Of a stretch of DNA of 64,000 nt, positions 54,560 to 64,000 are shown piece after piece. The number at the start of each line of letters is the position of its first letter. Position 1 is the stretch's first letter. The notes under the pieces are model-generated. The model made no database searches, was not told the DNA's origin, and worked only from the letters and a program-made list of their open reading frames with translations. A program made the position numbers and the translations under genes. Origin of the DNA: a virus; IMG/VR virus record IMGVR_UViG_3300008108_000034, positions 1 to 64,000 of that record, one strand, 5' to 3'.

Positions 54560-57394
54560 TTATTGCCAGTACCTGAGTCTATTGTCTGTCCAAGGTATGT
54601 AATTTCCGTTTCCTGTGGAAGCTGCGGTTGCATTGTTTGTAACCTTGTTGTTACCGTTGGTTGTTGTGGACATCTCCTGCTGAAGCGACAAACCTTCTAT
54701 GTATTCACGCACTTTTCTGTCGTTTTCAGCACCATAGACCTGATCACTCAGATCAGATGCACTAACGCCTGTGGATGTCGTAATATCAATAGTCTGTGAA
54801 CCAGTGTTCCTCAAATCAAAAGTGGCATACAATCTACCATCCGCACCAGAGTTCAATGTTCCTCCATTGAGATTTCCATAAAGCGTTTTTGGAAAACTAG
54901 CTGATCCGTTCTGAGATACTCCACTAACCCAACTGCGTGCAGCAGGATATATGTCCGCACCAACAAGATCACGAAGCTTTTCAGCAAGAGGGTTCTTTAT
55001 TTCAACAAGCTGTCCTTTGGAATTCCTATACGATTGCGGAGGTCCTACAATTTCCATTGCATTTGACCTGTCCAGGTAGAACTCCATGTAGTTCTTACCG
55101 CTCTCTGACAAGATTTTGCTTGTCTCCATGCCAAACACTTCACTTGCTCTCTTGGCTGTACCTTCACTCTTTACAAGATTAATAGGTATCCTTACTGCAA
55201 TACGCGTTTGTCCATTGACGGTTTTCAACGAAATCTTCATCTGGTCAGGATCAAAAACCTCTGAATAGTTCTTACCACCGACCATCTTGTCTCTGAAGGC
55301 TGCCAGTTCTTCTGTAGTCATCTTATTATCACCAACGCTTCCATCAGGTGCCACTCCAGCTTCTTGTGCAAGGTTAATTACACGCTCCATGATTCCGTAA
55401 TCAAAGTTTTTCTTCTTGTCATCGGCAACCCTGAAATCAATGGTTGACGCCTTCCTTTGAAGTTGTTCCTGCCATTTTGGAGCGTTTGGAATCATTTGTG
55501 CGTAAATCGCATCACCTTGATCCTTGGGAAGACGGCTGATTGCTTGTGTGTTTATGAACAATTGTCCAGTGGTTGGATTTGCCAATATGTAAGGTCTGTA
55601 TGTGGGATCATCCCTGAAATCGTTCAATCGTTTTTGTTCCTGCGCAACCATGTCAGTATACGCCTGTCTGTTGTTTTGCGATTGGTTTATCGACTCCACA
55701 ACCTTATGTCCCATATTCCTATAATATTGCGCATTTACTTTGGCGTTCTGAGCTATGTGTGTGGATATGGTGTTCCAACTCACCCTTTTCAATTCATTCA
55801 CTGTATTGAAATATGTGGGACCAACTTTTTTCAAATACGCTAAAAGCTGTTGTCCCTCACCGTCGGTAAGAGGCTGTCCATTTGCTTTTTTGTTCAATGC
55901 ATTTGAAACTGTTGCAAGTTGATAACCGTTTCCTTCACTCAGAACCCTTCCGTCTCCTTGGGTAGCATGTCTTGCAGCAACAGCAAGATTGGTTAAATTT
56001 GTAAACGCCGTCAAACCTTTATCACGATAGTTTGCTTTTGACTGTGTGTAGTATCCTTGAAGATTGAACTTACCGATATCCTCGGGATTTCCTGTGGAAA
56101 TCTGTCCGTCAGGAATCTCACCTTTCTTTACCGCAAGTTCAACATCGCGATCGTATTTCAGATCAGCCATCTCTCTTTCAAACTCCTGTTCAGCACGCAT
56201 CTTTGCCATTTGGAAGCGTTGACTGTCCTCTTGGAGTTTCACCTGATCTGCTTCAACCTTTGTGATTTCCTTGGATGCCCAGTTTATCGCAAACCGTTGA
56301 GCGTATTCGTTCTTGATGGAACTGAAATACATCTGCCCTGGATTCTCTGCAAACAGTTTTTGTGTATTGTCCTGAAGATCCTGGTCTGAAACCTTACCCA
56401 TTTTCATCTTGTCAAGCTGGGAGGTAAGATTTTGTTTACGCTCCTGCAATGCATTGAGATACTCAAGACGTGTAGCATCAACACCTTTGGGGTATTCCCT
56501 TTTCAACTTGTCAACCTCACGATCCACCTCATCGATGTTCTCCTTGAGGTCGTACATGTCGTCATTGTAATCCTTCACATAGGATTGAGCCATCTCAGTT
56601 GAAAGTTGCGAAATCGCCGCTTGTTCTGTAAGATTGGGATCAGCCTGCATCATTGACTTGACCTGCCTGTCCGCTCTTACAACCGCTTCAATACCAAACT
56701 GTTTGTCAAACTGCGTTCCTGTGGCATTCTTAAACCATTGGTTGAAGGTGCTTATGTTTTCCTTGGTCCTTCCGTTTGTACGGGTGACCATATACATTCC
56801 TTCAGAAGTTGGTTTGGTTATTTCAAGTCCCTGGTCTTTTGCAAGATCATGTGCGTACTTGTATACATCCTCCCATGGCGCCCACATGTGTACTTGAGCT
56901 TTGTCAATCGATCCATCACCTCTTTTGGTTTTGGAAAGACGCTCTTGTCCTATGGAAAGATACTCATCCATCACGGGATTCCATGTTGCACGGACATCCT
57001 TGTCCATGCTGTTTCTTGTGGAATTGCCTTTTGCAACCTGTGAATCCTGCAAGGATGTCTTGTAAAGATCGCTGTTGTATTCCTTGTCATTCACCAACGG
57101 ATCGAATATCGACATCGCCTGTTGCATGTTGGCGGGATTGGTGAGATCCACCATTGCAACCTGTTTAAGATAAGCATCCGCCTTCTTCATGTAGTCCGCT
57201 CTGAACTGGACATTGTCAGCAGAGGAAAGCCGTTTGTTGAGAAGGGAGCTGTATGCGGATTTGAACTGATCGACTTTTGTGTCATATCTGGTCTGCATCG
57301 CATCGAGACCTTTTGAAAGAAACTCAAAGTCTATTATTTGCGGTACCATTCCTGGAACACCGCTACCGTCCACACCTTTTATAAATGTTGCCAT
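54560..57394 (-). CDS. Virion internal/cargo protein
   Basis: 944 aa, helical, no Cys seen, located in the ejection-protein block. Confidence 0.7.
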   Translation of the reverse strand: MATFIKGVDGSGVPGMVPQIIDFEFLSKGLDAMQTRYDTKVDQFKSAYSSLLNKRLSSADNVQFRADYMKKADAYLKQVAMVDLTNPANMQQAMSIFDPLVNDKEYNSDLYKTSLQDSQVAKGNSTRNSMDKDVRATWNPVMDEYLSIGQERLSKTKRGDGSIDKAQVHMWAPWEDVYKYAHDLAKDQGLEITKPTSEGMYMVTRTNGRTKENISTFNQWFKNATGTQFDKQFGIEAVVRADRQVKSMMQADPNLTEQAAISQLSTEMAQSYVKDYNDDMYDLKENIDEVDREVDKLKREYPKGVDATRLEYLNALQERKQNLTSQLDKMKMGKVSDQDLQDNTQKLFAENPGQMYFSSIKNEYAQRFAINWASKEITKVEADQVKLQEDSQRFQMAKMRAEQEFEREMADLKYDRDVELAVKKGEIPDGQISTGNPEDIGKFNLQGYYTQSKANYRDKGLTAFTNLTNLAVAARHATQGDGRVLSEGNGYQLATVSNALNKKANGQPLTDGEGQQLLAYLKKVGPTYFNTVNELKRVSWNTISTHIAQNAKVNAQYYRNMGHKVVESINQSQNNRQAYTDMVAQEQKRLNDFRDDPTYRPYILANPTTGQLFINTQAISRLPKDQGDAIYAQMIPNAPKWQEQLQRKASTIDFRVADDKKKNFDYGIMERVINLAQEAGVAPDGSVGDNKMTTEELAAFRDKMVGGKNYSEVFDPDQMKISLKTVNGQTRIAVRIPINLVKSEGTAKRASEVFGMETSKILSESGKNYMEFYLDRSNAMEIVGPPQSYRNSKGQLVEIKNPLAEKLRDLVGADIYPAARSWVSGVSQNGSASFPKTLYGNLNGGTLNSGADGRLYATFDLRNTGSQTIDITTSTGVSASDLSDQVYGAENDRKVREYIEGLSLQQEMSTTTNGNNKVTNNATAASTGNGNYIPWTDNRLRYWQ

Positions 57395-57408
57395 CTACGC
57401 GTTATTTA

Positions 57409-60400
57409 CTATGAAAGAATTCCTGGAAATCGATAAGGAATGTAATTAGGTTGATGTTTCTGTTGCCTTTCTATCTCAATGAGTTTTATCAAATCAGCAT
57501 CCGGAATTCCCTTACCTCTATATTTATCATACAGATCAAAAGAATTTGATGATCCAGTACCTGTGAATGATCCAGGTACAAACATACCACCGTATCCAGG
57601 AATGTATTTGAAGTTTTCTTCCCTCATGTTTGTAGAAGTAAGATTCGTTGCGTTGGTATCACCCTGCATAAATGCTTTTCTTGCTTCCCTATCCATCGCA
57701 AGTTGTTCATTTGCATACTGCTGCTCGTTGGTTGCAACACCTGCAATGTAATCCTTTTTGTTCTGAGCATTATAGATCTGCTCCTTCATGCCTATTTCGG
57801 TGTTTACCTTTCCAGCCTCATTGATTATTCCAGTGTTTCTTGCCTCATTCTGCGCCATTATATCCGCTGTCTTGTCTCCCATCTGACCTGCTACTCCTGA
57901 TTGCATCGCTCTAAGGACTGCGGGATTTGCAGTTACACCTGTCATTTCACTCATGGCAGTTGCTCCTGCACCTTGTACACCTGCAACTTGTCTTGCAATG
58001 GCTTCAAGATTATATGGAACACGTCCGAAGTTGGCGTTTATGTCAGCAGGACCTTTTGACTTGTAAGGTCTGTCACCAAGTGCACCGTAAAAATTGTACA
58101 GATCACCTTGCATCCACAATGCAGGAATGTTCATTGGAGGTTGCCAATTGGGTTTACGAGTATCACAAAGGGGTTGAGCACCAGTGACAGGATCACAAGG
58201 AACTTCTTTCATTGTGTTACCTGTGGGATCAACAGTGTAATCAGGACACTGGCATTTTTTTACTGGAGGATTAGTAGGAGGATTAGTAGGAGGATTAGTA
58301 GGAGGAGAAGTGGGTACGTCTTCTAGATTGATGAACTTCTGAGTACCTGCAATCTCCTTACCATAGTTCCATGCTCCTTCCTTACTTGCATCAACAAGTT
58401 CTGGCATGTCCTTGATTTCATCCGCGGTAAACCCTTTATTTAGAAGATAATCAGTGTTGATTTTTCTGACTTGTTGATTCACCCATTGATTTGCAGCCTG
58501 ATGTTTTTTAAGTTTATCGCTTGGATTTGTTTTTGCAGAACGAATATCCTCCTTGTACTGTCTCATACCTTCAGCTTCATTTCCACCAGCGGTTCCATAT
58601 TGACCAAAATTAACACCATTGGCTTTAAGATATTCAATCTGACTGTCTACACCTTTCCAACCACTTCCTGGGGAGTAGATATCACCTAGTCCTGTTACCC
58701 TACCACTTGCATCCTTTATTTCAGGAACAAGCGTACCTTCTGAACCCCATGTGTATCCTGTAGATGCTGTTTGATGTCCCACACCTGATTCTTTAGCAGC
58801 ATATGGTGCTCTTATCAGATTGAGTTTATATTGTGGCTTTTGTGCAATTAGATTATTAATCCATTGTGCATACGCATCATCTGCAATATCGTATTCAGGT
58901 CCATTTTGATATTTCGGCAAATCTTTTTCACCTCCGTCTGCATATGAATCCTCAGCTTCAACCATGGTGTTTTCTATGGGATCATATATGAAAATAGAAC
59001 CTCCTCTTTTCTTCTTAGGTGCAACATAGGTTGCAGGACTTCTCCTTAGTTCTTGCATTATGCTGTCTATTTCTGCCTGGTCAATATAACCTTTGGCCAT
59101 AATTGATTGTCTCAATTCATCATCACTTACCCTTGCAGGTGCATTGTTCACTGGAGGATTTGTAACAGGTGCTGTGGTCAAAGGAGCAGTCACAGGAACA
59201 GAGTCGGCAGTAGTAAGGGTAGCCGGAACAGGATATAAAGACGAATCAGGTGATACAAATTGACCATTTCCTAATGAATCAAGAGAAACAAGACCTGTTG
59301 TATCTTGTTGCACCACAGCATCATCTTGAAGTCCGCCTCTATATAATCCTGTTTCAGGATTGGCAAGTCTGTGACCAAGGTAACCAAGTCCACCAAGTCC
59401 TACTGCTCCTGCTCCTGACCAACCTAAGTAAGGAACACTTTCTTTAAGTATTTTTTTTGCAGCAGATTCAGATGGTAATGAAATGTTTAATCCAGGAAGT
59501 CTTCCTGCAGTATTGCGCCATGCGTATCCTAAAGGTGATCTTATCTTTGTTTCTGGAAATTGCAATGCAAGTTCCTCAACCGGTATATCTTCAGCAGTAG
59601 TTAAAAGATTTCCTATGCTTCTATTATATGAGTTTGGACCAAACTGATCCGCGGCATCAACCGCTTTTCTCACATTTTCAAAAGCAGATTGTTGCGCTGG
59701 AGTAAGTGCATATTGAGGATGATTTAGTTTTATAAGATCCATTACATCAATGTCTTGCAGTCTATTATTAAACCCACTCCAGAATGGATCATTGAATATT
59801 TCTCGTACAGTTTCAATGTCTTTAGTCAATTGTTCTTTTCCACCAACACTTTCAAACGCACGATTGGGTTTTTTAACAAGAGAAGGAGTACCTTCTCCAG
59901 TTACAAAACCTCTAGTACTTGGATGTCTTTTTCCTCCAAAAGTCTTACCTTCAAACCTATACTTTACTTTTGAAAGATCTCCTGGAAGAGATTCTGCTAC
60001 ATTAAGAGTTCTTCCAGCTTCATCCGCAATGTCTCCATACATCACATATGCGCTTTTAGGATTAGCGGTTGTAAAATATCTTGGAATACGATTTGTGAAA
60101 AGTGCCATCGTACCTAATCCTACTCCCGCACCTGCTCCTGCGAATTCACCAGGTGTTGTAAGTGGAAATCCACTCATCATGTAACCTAATTCAGGATTGG
60201 CTCTCAATGCTTGAGTCGCTCTTCCAAGACCAGCAGCACCTTCTCCGATTCTACTACCGAGATTTAAAGCTTGAGCACTTTTACTTAATCCTGGAAGTAA
60301 TCCAAGAGTCGGATCCATCATGATATCACCCATCACACCTTGTCCTGAAGGACGTCCCCTCAATGCATCGGAAAATCCGTATTCACCTGTACCTGACAGT

Positions 60401-61632
60401 TGATCAGCTCCTGCCTGCATAAGTCTTGATGGGATTGCAAAAGGAGCAAGTGTACTCAAAGGTGTGTTGTACATTTCAGCTTCTTCAGGACTAAGACCAG
60501 GTGCAACCTGATCACCAGGTATCATGCTGTATAAACCTTGGATACCTTGACTACCTAAACCAGGTTCAGTTAAGAAACCATATTGACTGTTGCGTAACAT
60601 CTCAAACTGCTCAGGACCAAGCTCTTGCATTGCTTTAAGTCTGTTGCCACGCAACATTGTCTTAAGGTCAGGATTTGCTTGAAACAGTTTGTTAAAGTAA
60701 TTGGTGTTTACAGCTCGCTGCCATTTTTCAGCCATTCCTGGATTAGCAAGAATATCTCTTTTGGAATATCCTTGCAATAGGTTTGCACCTGGTTGGTTCG
60801 CAAGCCACTCATTAAAGTCAAGAAGATTTGAAGGTGTGCTTGCAGTAACGTCAACCTCTGGAAGATTTACGTATGGCAGTACCCCACTTGGATTTTTCTC
60901 AAAATTTGGAACAGCTCTGGTTACAACAGGATTATATTCTTGTGGTCCTACAGGTCCAAAGTCTTGATGGATTGGTAAAACTTTTCCTCCACGACGCATG
61001 ATCTGTCCACCGAACTTGGCTTGAGGAGGTCCTTGTTGAGCAGGACTCTGTACAGCAATGTCTTTATTGAACAGAGGTTGTGATATGAATGGAACACCAT
61101 CAGGGAATCCTTTCATACCTTCCTGTACCAATGCAAGCTGACCCAGTTTGGTCATGTTATTGTCAATCATGTACTGGGCGGTCTTCTTGTCGAGGTAGTC
61201 AGAATTAGGATCATTCAATATCTCAAAGTACCTGTTCAGGTCGTACCGCTTGGCGACCATTGCAGGAGTCACCGATTTGTTGGTATTGTATCCAAAGACA
61301 CCCTTCAAAAGCTCTTTGTTCTTGATATTCAATGCTCTAGTGTCTGAAAACACAAAGCTTCCGTCAGGAACATTCAGAGGAGTACCGCCTTCACTGTGTC
61401 GTTTTCCACCGACAATAGTGTGCATGATGTTTCCATCCTTGTCTGGCCATACTACGGTCTCGTTCTTTTCAGCTTCAATGGTCGCCTCATCCCTGGGTAT
61501 TGGACTCAGTGTATCCTTTACCTGATTGGTGGTAGCTTTATCCTCGTAATTCCAAATACTTCCGGTTACAAGTCCGTAGTTGCGCTGGTCACCCATGCTA
61601 CCACCCCTGACTCGGTTTATCTTTACTTTCAT
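57409..61632 (-). CDS. Virion cargo protein with a conserved-looking N-terminal EAE...RHSEGG domain and xxGG motifs
   Basis: EAEKNETV, GGKRHSEGGTPL and FVFSD; low-complexity Pro/Thr linkers; Gly-rich hydrophobic stretches. Confidence 0.7.
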   Translation of the reverse strand: MKVKINRVRGGSMGDQRNYGLVTGSIWNYEDKATTNQVKDTLSPIPRDEATIEAEKNETVVWPDKDGNIMHTIVGGKRHSEGGTPLNVPDGSFVFSDTRALNIKNKELLKGVFGYNTNKSVTPAMVAKRYDLNRYFEILNDPNSDYLDKKTAQYMIDNNMTKLGQLALVQEGMKGFPDGVPFISQPLFNKDIAVQSPAQQGPPQAKFGGQIMRRGGKVLPIHQDFGPVGPQEYNPVVTRAVPNFEKNPSGVLPYVNLPEVDVTASTPSNLLDFNEWLANQPGANLLQGYSKRDILANPGMAEKWQRAVNTNYFNKLFQANPDLKTMLRGNRLKAMQELGPEQFEMLRNSQYGFLTEPGLGSQGIQGLYSMIPGDQVAPGLSPEEAEMYNTPLSTLAPFAIPSRLMQAGADQLSGTGEYGFSDALRGRPSGQGVMGDIMMDPTLGLLPGLSKSAQALNLGSRIGEGAAGLGRATQALRANPELGYMMSGFPLTTPGEFAGAGAGVGLGTMALFTNRIPRYFTTANPKSAYVMYGDIADEAGRTLNVAESLPGDLSKVKYRFEGKTFGGKRHPSTRGFVTGEGTPSLVKKPNRAFESVGGKEQLTKDIETVREIFNDPFWSGFNNRLQDIDVMDLIKLNHPQYALTPAQQSAFENVRKAVDAADQFGPNSYNRSIGNLLTTAEDIPVEELALQFPETKIRSPLGYAWRNTAGRLPGLNISLPSESAAKKILKESVPYLGWSGAGAVGLGGLGYLGHRLANPETGLYRGGLQDDAVVQQDTTGLVSLDSLGNGQFVSPDSSLYPVPATLTTADSVPVTAPLTTAPVTNPPVNNAPARVSDDELRQSIMAKGYIDQAEIDSIMQELRRSPATYVAPKKKRGGSIFIYDPIENTMVEAEDSYADGGEKDLPKYQNGPEYDIADDAYAQWINNLIAQKPQYKLNLIRAPYAAKESGVGHQTASTGYTWGSEGTLVPEIKDASGRVTGLGDIYSPGSGWKGVDSQIEYLKANGVNFGQYGTAGGNEAEGMRQYKEDIRSAKTNPSDKLKKHQAANQWVNQQVRKINTDYLLNKGFTADEIKDMPELVDASKEGAWNYGKEIAGTQKFINLEDVPTSPPTNPPTNPPTNPPVKKCQCPDYTVDPTGNTMKEVPCDPVTGAQPLCDTRKPNWQPPMNIPALWMQGDLYNFYGALGDRPYKSKGPADINANFGRVPYNLEAIARQVAGVQGAGATAMSEMTGVTANPAVLRAMQSGVAGQMGDKTADIMAQNEARNTGIINEAGKVNTEIGMKEQIYNAQNKKDYIAGVATNEQQYANEQLAMDREARKAFMQGDTNATNLTSTNMREENFKYIPGYGGMFVPGSFTGTGSSNSFDLYDKYRGKGIPDADLIKLIEIERQQKHQPNYIPYRFPGILS
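58265..58306 (-). repeat. 12-bp tandem repeat (3.5 copies) encoding PPTN repeats
   Basis: GGAGGATTAGTA x3 plus GGAGGA on the + strand. Confidence 0.9.
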
Positions 61633-61698
61633 GCTTTTTGGAAATTTATTTGTTGCTGAACCTCACTTACTTAAATATACTAATTTTCCGTGAAGATA

Positions 61699-63999
61699 TC
61701 AAATTAACTCCACGTCCCAACCTGCTTTGATAAGTTCACGTACAGTGTCGATATCAAGATCGTACTCACCACCAGATTCAAACATGGTACCTCCGATTCT
61801 TGCGTTTATAGGTTGCAAAGGACTATTGGGATTCATCCAACTCTTAGGCATTGTACCTTCTTGTAAGGATGTACTTTGCATACTCAATCCTGGTTTCTGC
61901 ACCTGAGCAAACATGTTGGGTTGATTCAAGTTACCCTGTGTCGGATTGAGAAGAGCCTTACCCATCATTTGACTCGTATTCTGTTGAGGCTGAGCTATGT
62001 TCAATGTGTTGAATGCAGAAAGCTTTTCATCTTTTCTCTGTTGTTTTCCAGCATTTATGTCTTGTAAAAAATTACCCATTGCACTTAGTGAATACATAGC
62101 CTGTTGTGCACCTACATGATTGTAACCTAATGAATCAGGACACGAACCATCACCATCACAAGAAGGACATGTACCATCACTACAGGGTTTCATGTTCTTT
62201 GTTACATTTCCATCTTTGTCTTTACACTCGCAAGCTGCATCAGGGTTACTTGGATTAGAAGCATCATTACCTCCAACACCACCGTCAGTTTGAAAACTAG
62301 GAAGACTAGGCATTCCACCATTAGCCATGATCATTGATGGAATTCTTCCAACATTCGTAGCAAACTTTCCAATTTCTTTTGCACCCCCTGTGATACCTTG
62401 TACGGTTTGCTGTCCAACATTGAAAGCATGATAAGGCATTGTCAAAGCGTTCAAAAGCGGATTCTTTTTAATGTGTCCTGCTACACCTGCGGCAACCTGT
62501 TGATTTTTTGCAAGATTTGCATACTTGGCATAATCAAAGTTGGTATAAGGTGATGTGGTTTGTTTGTTATCGCTACCAGATGTTCCTGCACCAGATGTTC
62601 CAGATTGTGTTCCTGTAGTAGTTGTAGTAGTAGTAGGTGTTCCAGATTGCGTTGAGGTAGTGGGTCCTGTACCAGTTGTTCCAGTGTTTGTAGCTGTAGA
62701 TTGAGTTGATGTAGTTCCAGTGTTTGCAGTTGTAGATTGATTTGTTAAATCTATTACTGTAAGATTAGGCGGAGGAGTTACACCATAATACTTACCAGTA
62801 TTTTGATATTTATCCCAAGATTGTCCATATTCTTTCCAAAGAGTAGCTGCATCATTTTGACCTGGTCTTGTATATAGGTAACCAGGATAATTACCTGTTT
62901 GATCTGCATAATTATTTTTTGTCCATGTTGTAAATGCAGTTTCTTCAGGACTACCTGATGCAAATGGATAATCAATAATCTTATCTGATACTCCAGGCTG
63001 TGAGTTCTTGTCTTGAAACTTCATCAAGCCTCCGTTCTTCATCAAGTAATCCTTGAACTCCATGCCACTCAATGAACCCCCTCTTTTCTTCTTGGGGTTG
63101 ATATTCAGACCACCTCTCTTCATCACATTGTAAATCATTGAAGGATCAAACTGACCTCCGAACTGATCACCGCCTTCCTTGAACATGAAGTTAGGTCTGG
63201 TCTCTCCCTTACGATCATAAGGTAGGTACGTCTGAGCTTGTGGGAACGCCTCTCCTCCTGATGCATACTGGGTACCGCTGTAACCCGCCCATGTCAATGG
63301 ATATGTGTTTGCCTGAGGAAAAGCTTCACCACCATCGCGTTGTTGTTGAGCTGCTTTGATTTCAACTGGATCAATGTTCATAGGAACATAATCCACAAGC
63401 TGGTCACCATAATATTTTACTCCCTGTACGTACTTGTTTACACCTTCTCCAAGTATTGATCCTTTTTTCTCACGACTTGATTTGTCACTTCTAGCCAACC
63501 AACCTTGTTGGTTTATCAAATATGGTAGAAAGTCAAGATAATTCTCTCGTGTAAGATTCTCCTTGTTACCTGATTTCGCACGGTTTCTCAACTGACTAAC
63601 GTTCTCCGCAAGAAACCTCATTGCAATATCAGATGATTTTACAGGATCGTATATGGAATCAAGCACATCTCGTTCATCTGATGGATATAGTTTCCTTGTT
63701 TTATCAGATAGACTTCCATAGTTCGTCTGAAAAGGTCCGAGACTTTTATTCCAAACCCAGGACTTAGGCATGATATACGAAAACAATTTGTTTTCAGGAA
63801 GCTTTAGTCCTGACTGATAATCAGTGCCTCCTTGCGATTCCATCATATACTGACCCATCATTGTCTTGATCATGGCATTATACTCATCATTGCTGATGTT
63901 ATAATCCTTCATTATCATCTTCTTGTACTCAGGGTCATTTACCTGGTTTAATATTTCAGGTATTCTACTCTCAGATAAATTTATATTCTCATCACCTTC
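61699..63999 (-). CDS. Virion cargo protein (5'-truncated by the window) with a lytic-transglycosylase-like domain and multiple xxGG motifs
   Basis: The frame stays open to the window end. MMESQGG / SLGPFQ / YDPVKS motif series; T/G/S-rich linker at ~62570-62740; C-terminal GGEYDLD...LIKAGWDVELI. Confidence 0.7.
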   Translation of the reverse strand, partial: EGDENINLSESRIPEILNQVNDPEYKKMIMKDYNISNDEYNAMIKTMMGQYMMESQGGTDYQSGLKLPENKLFSYIMPKSWVWNKSLGPFQTNYGSLSDKTRKLYPSDERDVLDSIYDPVKSSDIAMRFLAENVSQLRNRAKSGNKENLTRENYLDFLPYLINQQGWLARSDKSSREKKGSILGEGVNKYVQGVKYYGDQLVDYVPMNIDPVEIKAAQQQRDGGEAFPQANTYPLTWAGYSGTQYASGGEAFPQAQTYLPYDRKGETRPNFMFKEGGDQFGGQFDPSMIYNVMKRGGLNINPKKKRGGSLSGMEFKDYLMKNGGLMKFQDKNSQPGVSDKIIDYPFASGSPEETAFTTWTKNNYADQTGNYPGYLYTRPGQNDAATLWKEYGQSWDKYQNTGKYYGVTPPPNLTVIDLTNQSTTANTGTTSTQSTATNTGTTGTGPTTSTQSGTPTTTTTTTGTQSGTSGAGTSGSDNKQTTSPYTNFDYAKYANLAKNQQVAAGVAGHIKKNPLLNALTMPYHAFNVGQQTVQGITGGAKEIGKFATNVGRIPSMIMANGGMPSLPSFQTDGGVGGNDASNPSNPDAACECKDKDGNVTKNMKPCSDGTCPSCDGDGSCPDSLGYNHVGAQQAMYSLSAMGNFLQDINAGKQQRKDEKLSAFNTLNIAQPQQNTSQMMGKALLNPTQGNLNQPNMFAQVQKPGLSMQSTSLQEGTMPKSWMNPNSPLQPINARIGGTMFESGGEYDLDIDTVRELIKAGWDVELI

Positions 64000-64000
64000 T

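Noticed and set aside
60030-60100. ADP-ribosyltransferase-like 'YFT...AY' motif in the 1407-aa protein
   Set aside because: Too short, and no supporting upstream H/R strand or catalytic Glu could be identified.
58265-62740. CRISPR array or DGR at the short repeats
   Set aside because: The repeats are in-frame coding low-complexity linkers with no spacers; no reverse transcriptase or cas gene seen.
1-64000. Genome-wide stop-codon reassignment (TAG/TGA/TAA)
   Set aside because: Very long ORFs and conserved enzymes are intact in the standard code, and all three stops end credible genes.

Overview
This 64 kb window is part of a lytic dsDNA phage genome, most consistent with a crAss-like (Crassvirales / phi14:2-related) phage of Bacteroidota. 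All calls come from motif recognition by eye; no database search was run. Layout: (i) 1-9.4 kb (+), accessory genes: a broken vWA gene, a DUF6878/DUF6915-like pair, an HNH nuclease, secreted proteins, a glycosyltransferase-methyltransferase-glycosyltransferase cluster, a metallophosphoesterase, a tRNA-like element with a UUA anticodon and a DUF1287 lipoprotein. (ii) 9.4-21.4 kb (+), replication module: SF2 helicase, UNG, DnaB, AAA ATPase, SSB-like protein, primase, RusA-like nuclease, PD-(D/E)XK exonuclease, family B DNA polymerase, MazG-like and DUF1599 proteins. (iii) 21.4-31 kb (mostly -): two beta-helix tailspikes, u-spanin/holin-like genes and an array of ten tiny Lys/Arg-rich proteins, four of them missing from the ORF track. 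(iv) 31-64 kb (-): giant virion ejection/cargo proteins, including a 3860-aa virion RNA polymerase (DFDID motif). The most striking signal is that the three consecutive giant proteins (1656, 3860 and 2271 aa) contain only four cysteines in total, and each lies at an end that faces the neighbouring protein. This suggests a head-to-tail disulfide-linked ejection chain. A recurring (hydrophobic/basic)-x-x-GG motif shared by cargo proteins and the small basic proteins suggests a common packaging or cleavage signal.
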